Origin: Candidatus Latescibacterota bacterium
GTDB lineage: Bacteria > Latescibacterota > UBA2968 > UBA8231
Direction: 5' to 3'
Assembly (NCBI GenBank): GCA_965208105.1
Contig: OZ242318.1
Span: 1,632,001 to 1,696,000 of the forward strand
Length of the DNA: 64,000 nt
Shown here: piece after piece, positions 53,884 to 62,269 of the stretch
How positions within the stretch are numbered: position 1 is the stretch's first letter
How the letters are laid out: the number at the start of each line of letters is the position of its first letter
The notes under the pieces: model-generated
The model's database searches: none
What the model saw: the letters and a program-made list of their open reading frames with translations, nothing else
Told to the model about the DNA's origin: nothing
Made by a program: the position numbers and the translations under genes

Positions 53884-54921
53884 TCAAAAGGCGAGAAACC
53901 GGGCCGGATTCGCCACCATTATGCCGTCGATATCCGCGGCGCTGAGTCCCTGGGCCCGGAGCCGCGGAACGATGTGCTCGAGGACGTGGGCGTAGCCGTA
54001 GCCTCCGAAGGCGGTGAGGTCCATCCGGTAACAGCAGTCCTGGCCGGCCATGATGGAATCGAGATAGCCGCGGCGCACCAGTTCGGCGATCGCATCCACC
54101 CGCAGATTGTCGCTGGGATGCTGGCGCCCCAGATGGGCGTAGTAGATTTCGCGGCCAAAGGTGTCGAAACTCAGCTTGCAGCCGGTATCCGCCAGATGGC
54201 GGTAGAGATCGAGATCGTCACGGAATCTCGCCCCCACGTGGCTCATGATCACCCGCTCGGGGTCGACTCCGTCGCGGCGCAACAGCTCCAGGACCTGAAT
54301 GGGAGAGTGCGGGCTTTGCCCTGGATGGATCGACATCGGCGCCCCCGTCTCCAGGTGCGCCCGGGCGGCAGCATGCAGGCACTTCTCCTCGTTGGGATGC
54401 AGGGGCCAGGAGGATCCGATCTCGCCGATGAGGCCGGAACGGACACCGGTATGGTCAATGCCGTCCCGAACGCAGCCGGCGATTTCGGCCGCGATGCCTT
54501 CGCCGGTTTTTTCGTCCATGTCCGGCGGATGGGATGGAAAGATGTAGTAGCCGCATCCTGCGACGATGTGCAGGCCGGTCGCCGCCGAGATCCGGCGCAG
54601 TCCCTCGGGCTGGGGGGAGATGCCGTTGATCGTCTGGTCGACGATGGCCCGTCCGCCGGCTGCCTGGAACAGGGAGGCCTCGGCGATGGCCAAGTCCTCC
54701 TCCAGCATATGCAGGTTGTGCCGCGAGCTCGTGGAGTTGCGCCGCACCCAGCCCAGATTGCTGAGCTGAACCGGCTCTTCGGCAAGCGCTTTGCCCCGCT
54801 CATCCTCCGGTTCTGCGAAGTAGCAGGAGAGGTCGAACAGCAGATGTTCGTGAATCAGGGTCGAGCCCAACTCCTCCGGGGCGAGCGGACCGCGCACCGT
54901 CATGATCTGCTGGTTTGCCAC
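53884..54921 (-). CDS. Phosphotriesterase-homology (PTE/PHP) amidohydrolase
   Basis: TVRGP....LG.TLIHEHL, GLIGEIG, SIHPG, MSH, QD, NPARFL; GTG start after GGAGGAG. Confidence 0.9.
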   Translation of the reverse strand: MANQQIMTVRGPLAPEELGSTLIHEHLLFDLSCYFAEPEDERGKALAEEPVQLSNLGWVRRNSTSSRHNLHMLEEDLAIAEASLFQAAGGRAIVDQTINGISPQPEGLRRISAATGLHIVAGCGYYIFPSHPPDMDEKTGEGIAAEIAGCVRDGIDHTGVRSGLIGEIGSSWPLHPNEEKCLHAAARAHLETGAPMSIHPGQSPHSPIQVLELLRRDGVDPERVIMSHVGARFRDDLDLYRHLADTGCKLSFDTFGREIYYAHLGRQHPSDNLRVDAIAELVRRGYLDSIMAGQDCCYRMDLTAFGGYGYAHVLEHIVPRLRAQGLSAADIDGIMVANPARFLAF

Positions 54922-55002
54922 GGTGAGGACTCCTCCATGGAAAAGGGTCTTTAAGGTGTCCCGGCCGGGGCTGCCCGTCAAGAGCGGAGCACATCGCCAG
55001 GC

Positions 55003-55752
55003 CTAAACCTCAATGCGGGTCTTCTCCGGCTTTTCTCCGCTGGTCATCCATTGGATGATGTCGTCGGTGGTCATGACGTATCCCCAGATGCGGCCGAAGA
55101 GGATCTGGGTGGCTTCGGCGCTGCCGGGGTCCAGGGTGGCCACCGCATCCGAGGCGATGATGACGTTGAACCCGCGGTCGGCGGCATCGGTGGCCGTGGC
55201 CAGCACGCACATGTCGGCGGCTACCCCGGTCAGCACCATGGTCTCGATGCGCATGTTGCGCAGATACAGATCGATCGGCGTCGCGTGGAATGCGCTGCTG
55301 GTGTTCTTGTCCAGGACCAGTTCGTCCGCGCGGGGGGAGACCCGGGGGTCGATCTCATAGGCTGGATCGCCCTTGACCGCCATGTGGCCCGACTCTTCTT
55401 CGGTGGATGCCAGGGCGACTTCCTCGCGGCCGCGGCGGCGCGCGATCATGTCGTCGCCACTGCGGGTCTGGGCTCCGTGACGGGTGAAGAACACCCGCCG
55501 TTCGTCGTCGCGAAAGACGCCGAGGAGACGTTGGATATTCGCGATCATCGTTTCCGCCCGCTCGCGGAAGCCCGCCTGCAGCTCGGGGCTGTGGCGACGT
55601 ACCGTGTGCGCGAGATGTCCATCGCTGTCGAGAACATATCCCTGGACATCGATCACCCCCAGCGCCGTGGAAGGCGGACGAATCGGCAGCTCGAAGTGGA
55701 ACCCCGCCCGGGGCCACTCCGCATCGCTCAGGATCTCAATTTTCTTTGGCAC
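55003..55752 (-). CDS. Isochorismatase-family cysteine hydrolase
   Basis: TAL.VIDVQ (Asp), KNTSSAF (Lys), GVAADMCV..TA.DAADRGF (Cys). Start uncertain. Confidence 0.88.
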   Translation of the reverse strand: MPKKIEILSDAEWPRAGFHFELPIRPPSTALGVIDVQGYVLDSDGHLAHTVRRHSPELQAGFRERAETMIANIQRLLGVFRDDERRVFFTRHGAQTRSGDDMIARRRGREEVALASTEEESGHMAVKGDPAYEIDPRVSPRADELVLDKNTSSAFHATPIDLYLRNMRIETMVLTGVAADMCVLATATDAADRGFNVIIASDAVATLDPGSAEATQILFGRIWGYVMTTDDIIQWMTSGEKPEKTRIEV

Positions 55753-55800
55753 GATTCGACCCCCGGCTGGAGAGTATAAGCCAAGACATCCCAATCCTGC

Positions 55801-57384
55801 CTACAGCCGGTAGGCGAACAGCTTCGCCTGGAACATCCTGATGCGCATGACCACCGACTCGCCCACGGCGGAGATGTCGCTGTTGCCGTTCCAGGTGACG
55901 GCGCGGTCGGTCTCGTCGCCGAGCAGGCGGTCGCAATCGGCAAAGGTGAATCCGGGGACCGGGTCGAGATCGGGCTGAAACATGGTGGGGTTGCGCTGCA
56001 GCAGCTCGACGGAGATCCAGCCTGCCGGGGCGCAGCGGTAGTTGAACCGCAGCTGATTCTCCTTGCGATAGATGGATGGGATGGTGAAGCGGCCCTCGAG
56101 CTCCGCTTCGATGCCACAGAAACGGTGGGGTTCCCAGATTGCATAGCGGATCTGTCCCGGGCGCTTCAGGGGCAGCAGCTTTTCAAGCAATTCATCGCGC
56201 ACATTGTGCAGCCTGGAGGTGCCGGTGTGGGGCACCGCCCACCTGCCGCCCGGCAACTCCACGAGTCCGCTGCGCCAGCAGTGGGTGCCGCATTCGTCGC
56301 CGCTGCCGGGTTCGCCCGTGGCGGCCGCCACCCGGCGGTCGGTCCGCGTCCAGAACAGGCCGTCCCTGCTGAAAGCGAGCTGCGAATCCATGTTGTCGCT
56401 GGCGCGATGGTAGACCGGCACGACCATGGCGTGCAGATCGGTGCGTCCCGGATAGGGGAAGTAGTTGGCGCCGTAGAAGTCGATGTCGTAGGGGTCCTGC
56501 GGGTCGGGCCGCAGAATCAGCTTTGGTGCCGGCCACTTGGAGAAATCGCTGGTGCAGGAGAAGGCGATGGTGCGCAGCTGCGTCTCCTCCTCGATGCTGG
56601 CGCTGCCGATCCCCTTCAAGGCCTCCGCCTCGTACCCCATGATCTGCTGATAGCAGATGTACTGTTCGGTGTCCTTGTCGTAGCGCGCCGATATACCGCC
56701 GTTTACCGGCCGGTTGCCCAGCATCTCCGGCATCGGGGTCCAGCGGTGCCCGTCGGCCGAGGTCCAGCCCAGCATTCGGCCCCAAATCACCGCCCTCGGT
56801 CCGGTGTAGGCATCCCCCTCGTATTCCTGGGCATCGAAGCGCTTCTGCGCCTCATCCCCGTCCAACGGCTCGAGGGTAGCCGGGTCGTACCAGGCCATAT
56901 CTCCACCCATCGCCTTGAAGCGCTCCTCCGGCGCGCAGTAGGGGTCGATGAAGACACCCGTGCACCCTTCGATGCCTTCGCCAAGCAGATTGTTTTCGGT
57001 GGAACCATCGTACTCCACCTCGTTCAATACCGGCCGCCTCCACTCGAAGGCGTCGTCGCTGGTTGCCAGACACGTTCCGTACCTCGCCGAGTACAGCATT
57101 TTGAACTGGTTGTCCGCCTTCCAGATGAACAGCGGCGAGACCGAGCCCTGCTCCCAGGGCTCGGTTCCTTCGAGCAATGGCGCGGAACGGCTGGCAAGCT
57201 CGACGCGCAGCTCAACTCCTATCGCTCCGTCGTAGAGATCGTAGTTGCCCTGGCGATCGACGCTGCGATTGCCGCAAAAGATGTCGGTGGTATCCACCAG
57301 TGGATTCCAGGTGCCAGCGTTGCGGCGGATCCGCGACGAGCGCAGCTGCGGCTCGGTGAAGGGTGAAGCTTTCTTCTTTGCCAT
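55801..57384 (-). CDS. Beta-propeller glycoside-hydrolase-like protein (paralog of 5879..7387)
   Basis: ATSDDAFEW, SADGHRW, FSRDGLFW; C-terminal GWISVEL...GF...DCD.L.GD....VTW.G.SDIS; no signal peptide. Confidence 0.65.
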   Translation of the reverse strand: MAKKKASPFTEPQLRSSRIRRNAGTWNPLVDTTDIFCGNRSVDRQGNYDLYDGAIGVELRVELASRSAPLLEGTEPWEQGSVSPLFIWKADNQFKMLYSARYGTCLATSDDAFEWRRPVLNEVEYDGSTENNLLGEGIEGCTGVFIDPYCAPEERFKAMGGDMAWYDPATLEPLDGDEAQKRFDAQEYEGDAYTGPRAVIWGRMLGWTSADGHRWTPMPEMLGNRPVNGGISARYDKDTEQYICYQQIMGYEAEALKGIGSASIEEETQLRTIAFSCTSDFSKWPAPKLILRPDPQDPYDIDFYGANYFPYPGRTDLHAMVVPVYHRASDNMDSQLAFSRDGLFWTRTDRRVAAATGEPGSGDECGTHCWRSGLVELPGGRWAVPHTGTSRLHNVRDELLEKLLPLKRPGQIRYAIWEPHRFCGIEAELEGRFTIPSIYRKENQLRFNYRCAPAGWISVELLQRNPTMFQPDLDPVPGFTFADCDRLLGDETDRAVTWNGNSDISAVGESVVMRIRMFQAKLFAYRL

Positions 57385-57509
57385 GGAATTCCTTTCCAAG
57401 AGATTCAGGTTGCGCCCGAGCTTATCCGAGTCCCCTGATCAGGACAAGGCTCGATGCGAGATCAAGGTAGAACTAGGGCATCTTTCTGGCCCTCCGTCAA
57501 GGCGCCTGC

Positions 57510-58553
57510 TCAGGAGGAGTCGTGCTCCTTGGAACACCGCTTTACCAGGTCGCTCAATCTATCCACGTCCTCCATCGTGGTGTCGAATCCGGACATCCAG
57601 CGCACCTGCGCCTCGATCGGGTCGACGGTGGCGAAGAAAAACTCCTTTTCCAGGTCGTCCAGCCACTCGGGGGGAATCCTCGCGAAGACCGCGTTGATCT
57701 CCACCGGGTAGACGATCTCCACCCCGTCGACCCCGCGCACCCGGCTGGCCAGCTCCGCCGCCATCGCGTTCTCGTGAAGAGCGATCCGGCGCCAGAGGCC
57801 GTTCTCCAGCAGAGCTTCGAACTGGACCGAGAGAAAGCGCATCTTGGAAGCGAGCTGCAGGCCCTGCTTGCGCACGTAGGGAAAGTCGCGGCCCAGCTCG
57901 GGATTCAGAAAGACCACCGCCTCCCCGATCAGCAAACCGTTCTTGGTGCCGCCGAAGGACAGGACGTCCACTCCCACGTCGGTGGTAATCTCCCTGAAAC
58001 CGCAGTCCAGAAAGGCGGCGGCATTGGGCAGGCGCGAACCATCCATGTGCACCAGCAGGCCCGACCGGTGGGCGCGCTCGGCCAGGGCGGCGATTTCATC
58101 GGGACGATAGACGGTGCCAGCCTCGGTGGGCTGGGTAAGTGAAACGAGGCGGGGCTGGGCGACGTGCTGGTTGCCGACATGATCTATGTAGAGGTCGATG
58201 GCATCGGCGGAAATCTTGCCGTCGACCGCCGGCGCCGGCAGCAGTTTGGCGTGCTTGTCCGCCGCTCCGCATTCGTCGACGAAGATGTGGGAGGTCTCGG
58301 CGCATATCACGCCATCCGTCGAGCGGGTCGTCTCCGCCACGCTCATCACGTTGGCGGCGGAACCATTGAAGACGAAGTAGGCCCTCGCCTCGGGGGAGAA
58401 ATGCTCTCTGAACGCCGCGGCCGCCCGCTCGGTGAAGGGGTCGTCTCCGTAAGAGGGCACGTGCCCCTCGTTGGCAGCCAGGATGGCGGCCAGGATCTCG
58501 GGGTGCACCCCCGTCTGGTGGTCGCCGTAGAATCCTCTCATGCGGCCGATCAT
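57510..58553 (-). CDS. ltaE: Low-specificity L-threonine aldolase family (PLP-dependent)
   Basis: GVHPEIL.AI..AN.G...SYGDD, FNGSAAN, HI.VDECGA, TQPTEAGTVY, HMDGSRL.NA, VDVLSFGGTKNG, KQ..QLASKMRF. Confidence 0.88.
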   Translation of the reverse strand: MIGRMRGFYGDHQTGVHPEILAAILAANEGHVPSYGDDPFTERAAAAFREHFSPEARAYFVFNGSAANVMSVAETTRSTDGVICAETSHIFVDECGAADKHAKLLPAPAVDGKISADAIDLYIDHVGNQHVAQPRLVSLTQPTEAGTVYRPDEIAALAERAHRSGLLVHMDGSRLPNAAAFLDCGFREITTDVGVDVLSFGGTKNGLLIGEAVVFLNPELGRDFPYVRKQGLQLASKMRFLSVQFEALLENGLWRRIALHENAMAAELASRVRGVDGVEIVYPVEINAVFARIPPEWLDDLEKEFFFATVDPIEAQVRWMSGFDTTMEDVDRLSDLVKRCSKEHDSS

Positions 58554-60274
58554 GGATCACGATCCCGGCTGTGGTGGACGATGATCAACTCCAGGTTGGT
58601 AAGCGCGAGGACGTCAGGCCGCCGGGGATCGTCCGGCGGCAGGGTCATGCCATCCGGGTCGGGCACGTGGCGCTCCACCTTCACCTTGAACTCATTCACC
58701 CCCTGCTTCACCGCGAAACGGGTGAGCAGGACCTCCAGGCGGCCGACCCGGTACCAGATGGCCGGATAGTCCGGCTCCACGAAGTCCTGCCGCGAGATCT
58801 CCTCCCCGTTGAGGAAGAAGCGGACCTGGTCTTCCCGGGTGAAATGGCGCAGGCCGATCACCAGGACCACCTTCTCCAGGCGTCCGCTCTCGGCTGCCGC
58901 CGGAAGGTCGTCGGCCACCCTCAGTTGAAGGGCGTAGTCGCGGCCCTCCTCGAGACCCAGGGGCAGCTGATCGCACAGGAGGTAATGCTTGTCGCAGCGG
59001 GCACTGGCGGCGGCTGATTTCAGCTCTCTGAGCAGGGAGAAATCCTGCGGCCGCTGGAAGTCGCGCCCGGCGCTCTGTTGCCGGGGCCACCAGACGTGCA
59101 GGCCCGAAGCCCCCGCTTGCCGGTAGAGCAGATTCGCCGCCTGCAGCATCTCGGTGCTGGGGCGGATCTGGGTGAACTGGTCGCTCATGATCTCGCTTAT
59201 GCATCCCAGCACCTGGCAATCGGTGCCCCGTGCCGCTCGCACGCAATCTTCCACGGCGGCAACGTGCTCGTTGGCCGCGATGGACCCCACCGGAGCCACC
59301 AGGTCCGCCGAGCCTTCCCGGATCCAGCGCGCCACGTCCAGCCCGACCTGGTCGCGCAGCATCTCCAGCCCCTGGTGCGCAAAGAACCTGTACAGGAGGC
59401 GGATGGGGCGGCCTCTATTTTCCCCTATTCTGCGCGTTTCCGCCTTCAGGTCGGCGGCGAACCGGGTCATCAGCTCGCGCCCGGCGTCGACCTCGTCCCG
59501 TTTGAAGAAGTGGGGATCGGCACAGAGGTTGATCTGCAGACCGTCCAGTTCGTAGCGCGCGCACAACTCCTGCGCCACCGCCAACCGGTAGCGGCGCACC
59601 TCGTCGCGGCCGAAGTCCAACCGGGCGCAGAAAGCCGTCTCCGGCTTGGAATGGGTGTCGCCGTCCGGCGCCGGGGCCTGGTAGACCGGTCTGTAGGCCT
59701 CGGCACCGGGGTTCAGATCGGTGCGGTGACACTCGTAACCGAGGAGATACTCGGGGTGCTCCAGCAGAAAGCGGCCGGCGGGCAGCCCGGAACCGTCCAG
59801 ATGGTGGATCGCCGCGTCCGACTGATTGATCTGGAGCTCCATAAAGACCTGGAACCCCTTCCGGTGCGCCGCCTCGATTATGGCCGCCCACGGATCGAAC
59901 CCGTGTGCCTCGAACCGCTTGAAGTTCTCGGCGAGGCGCCACCAGCCCAGGGCGTGGAGAAAGGAAACGTACTCGCCGCCTCCGGCGGTGCGCGGAGTGA
60001 GACCGTATTCCCTTTCCAGGCGGGGCTGAATCGCGGTGACCGGCTCCCCTGCCTCGGTGTCGTAGCACAAGAACTGGTTGCCCGCGTCGACGCGGAACAC
60101 CAGCGCGTCGACCCCGGTCCCCACGAAGGGAAAGACGAAGTCGTCGAGGATGCGGTCCCTGGCCTGCTCGACCCTGAGATCGGCCGGCGCCCCGGTGGAG
60201 AGATAGCAGGGTCCCAGCCAGTGGGTCCCGCTGTCGGCGACGAAAAGCTGATAGGAGGCGTCGGACCCGTTCAC
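58550..60274 (-). CDS. GHL10-like TIM-barrel hypothetical protein
   Basis: AAHRKG..VF, FLLEHPEY, LDF..DEVRRYRL....ELCARYELDGLQINL; 4-nt overlaps with both neighbours. Confidence 0.68.
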   Translation of the reverse strand: MNGSDASYQLFVADSGTHWLGPCYLSTGAPADLRVEQARDRILDDFVFPFVGTGVDALVFRVDAGNQFLCYDTEAGEPVTAIQPRLEREYGLTPRTAGGGEYVSFLHALGWWRLAENFKRFEAHGFDPWAAIIEAAHRKGFQVFMELQINQSDAAIHHLDGSGLPAGRFLLEHPEYLLGYECHRTDLNPGAEAYRPVYQAPAPDGDTHSKPETAFCARLDFGRDEVRRYRLAVAQELCARYELDGLQINLCADPHFFKRDEVDAGRELMTRFAADLKAETRRIGENRGRPIRLLYRFFAHQGLEMLRDQVGLDVARWIREGSADLVAPVGSIAANEHVAAVEDCVRAARGTDCQVLGCISEIMSDQFTQIRPSTEMLQAANLLYRQAGASGLHVWWPRQQSAGRDFQRPQDFSLLRELKSAAASARCDKHYLLCDQLPLGLEEGRDYALQLRVADDLPAAAESGRLEKVVLVIGLRHFTREDQVRFFLNGEEISRQDFVEPDYPAIWYRVGRLEVLLTRFAVKQGVNEFKVKVERHVPDPDGMTLPPDDPRRPDVLALTNLELIIVHHSRDRDP

Positions 60275-61902
60275 GAATCAGCCCCCTCCCCGGATTTGTA
60301 GCGCACCGTCACCTCCAGGTTGCGCAGGATCAGATCGCCCAGTTGCCTCGGGTCGTCCGCCTGCGCCGCGAACTTTTCCCGCCCATCGCGTTTCACCACC
60401 ACCGTCAGCAGGTTCTCGTCCTGCGCGGGCAGGGTATCGCCCTCGAGCCTGGCGTCGATTCGTCCGAAGATCCAGGTGGCCGCGGGGCTGGCCGGCTCCA
60501 GGACCGCCTCCTCCGGCACCGGCACTCCGTTGATCTCGAAGCGCAGGCTGTCGTCCGGCCGCAGGTGCAGAATGCGCACCCTCAGGCGCACTTCCCGCAG
60601 CCATCCTCGCCCTGCGGCGGTCTGGAGATCATCCGCCACCAGGAACGCAACCTCGTTTTCGCCCTCCGCCAACACCAGCGGCAGGTCCTTCGAGGCGATG
60701 AAATGCTTGTCCCCGCGGGCAAGCCGGCCGGGATGGCCGATCTCCTGCAGCATGCTCCAGTTGGCGTGTCCCGGGTCGATGCGCGGCCACCAGTAATAGA
60801 CCCCGTCGACACCCGCCCTTGCGTAGGAGCAGATCTGCGCCCGCAGGATCTCCTGGGTGATCGGGCGCAGGCTCATATCGTCGTGGTTCGGGTTGCGCGT
60901 GCCGGCGAAGACCACACAGGGACAGTCCCGGGCGGCGTCCACGTACTTCCCCATGAAACGGGCCCCTTCGATCGCCGCTACCGGTACGGTGGGCACCACC
61001 ATGTCCACCAGCTCCTCCTTCATCCACCGCACGATATCGGCGCCGTCGGCATACTCGAAGTCCTGGTAGTGCCTGGCGCCGAGGGCGACGTGGAAACGGA
61101 CGATCGCCTCGAGCCTGCGGCCGCGCTCGCGGCCGAAGCGGTCGAGGATGCCGCGGACCTGCCGCATGAAGTCGGTGAGCAACTCCCTTCCCCTGTCGAT
61201 CTCCATCTCTCTGAACAGGTGATAGCTGCGGCAGAAGTTGATCTCCAATCCGTCCAGATCGTAGCGCCCGCAGATCTCCTCGATCTCCGCCAAGCGGTGA
61301 TTGCGCACCTTTTCATGGGCGAAGTCGTTGACCACGACCGGCCCGCGGTCCCGGCGCTTCTGGTCGTGATAACCCAGCATCAGCTCCGGCTGCGACAGCA
61401 GAAAACGGCTTGCCCGGGAGCGCGACCCGCCGTAGTCGAACCACAGGCGGGGGGCGGCGACGTGGGCGTCGTTTATGCGGGTCTTGATGTAGAATTTCTT
61501 GCCGGCGGCATGGACCCTTTCGAGGATCGCCTGGTGCGGATCGAAGCCCACCTCGCGGAAGCGCCGGAAGTTCTCCGCCAGGTTCCACAACCCGCGCGTC
61601 CCCTCCGCCGAAAAGATCTGCTTGTTGCGGTGTGGGAGCGGAAAGCGGTCCAGGACCTCGACGGTATCGGCGATGCACTCCCCCACCCTGGTGTCGTAGA
61701 ACATGAAGTGGGTGCCCTGGCAGATGCGATAGACCAGCGCTTCCACCTCGGTGGACAGCAATGGCTCCACGAAGGTGTCGAGTACGCGCTTTCTGGCCTC
61801 ATCGACGCGGATGTTGGGAGGGCCATCTGCGGAAATGTAGAGCTGGTGAAACCACTGCGCCGCATCTTCCAGGAAGATGTGACGCAATCTGCCGTCGTTC
61901 AC
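60271..61902 (-). CDS. GHL10-like TIM-barrel hypothetical protein (tandem paralog)
   Basis: RINDAH, DFAHEKVRNHRLAEIEEICGRYDLDGLEINFCR, AGVDGVYYW; GTG start after GGAGAG. Confidence 0.68.
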   Translation of the reverse strand: MNDGRLRHIFLEDAAQWFHQLYISADGPPNIRVDEARKRVLDTFVEPLLSTEVEALVYRICQGTHFMFYDTRVGECIADTVEVLDRFPLPHRNKQIFSAEGTRGLWNLAENFRRFREVGFDPHQAILERVHAAGKKFYIKTRINDAHVAAPRLWFDYGGSRSRASRFLLSQPELMLGYHDQKRRDRGPVVVNDFAHEKVRNHRLAEIEEICGRYDLDGLEINFCRSYHLFREMEIDRGRELLTDFMRQVRGILDRFGRERGRRLEAIVRFHVALGARHYQDFEYADGADIVRWMKEELVDMVVPTVPVAAIEGARFMGKYVDAARDCPCVVFAGTRNPNHDDMSLRPITQEILRAQICSYARAGVDGVYYWWPRIDPGHANWSMLQEIGHPGRLARGDKHFIASKDLPLVLAEGENEVAFLVADDLQTAAGRGWLREVRLRVRILHLRPDDSLRFEINGVPVPEEAVLEPASPAATWIFGRIDARLEGDTLPAQDENLLTVVVKRDGREKFAAQADDPRQLGDLILRNLEVTVRYKSGEGADS

Positions 61903-62083
61903 TCCTCTGCTCTCCTTTGCATCGCGATCAGGGTTGCGGGGGTAGCGGTAGCGCCCGCCTCCGCCCGCTCACCTTGCGAGGACCATACCGCCACCGCATT
62001 TCGAGACAACCACTGCTGCTCCTTGCTCCTTCAAAGCACTCCCGTTAGAATGAGTCGAAGCGGAATCCAGCGCATCCATCGCA

Positions 62084-62112
62084 AAGATGTATCGCCTGCC
62101 CACGCCGGTCAA
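62084..62112 (-). promoter_or_regulatory. Putative sigma70 promoter for the GHL10/ltaE operon
   Basis: TTGACC (62112-62107), 17 nt, CATCTT (62089-62084). Confidence 0.45.
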
Positions 62113-62269
62113 CTGCGCAGTTGTCGGTCTCCGTTTCCCGGTACCCGCCGATGCGAAGCTGCACCTTCTCCAGCGCCGGTCCTTCCTTGCCGCAGGCCAA
62201 GAGGAAGCCCGGGACCTGGTAGGAGGCCATGGCCCAGCCGTAGAAATTGTCCGATTGAGAGGTGCAGCG

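Noticed and set aside
62045-62269. In-frame continuation after the TlpA TAG (readthrough) or a 61-aa ORF
   Set aside because: The TlpA domain is complete before the stop, and the continuation matches nothing I recognise and overlaps a predicted promoter. It could be another gene stub, but I cannot support that.
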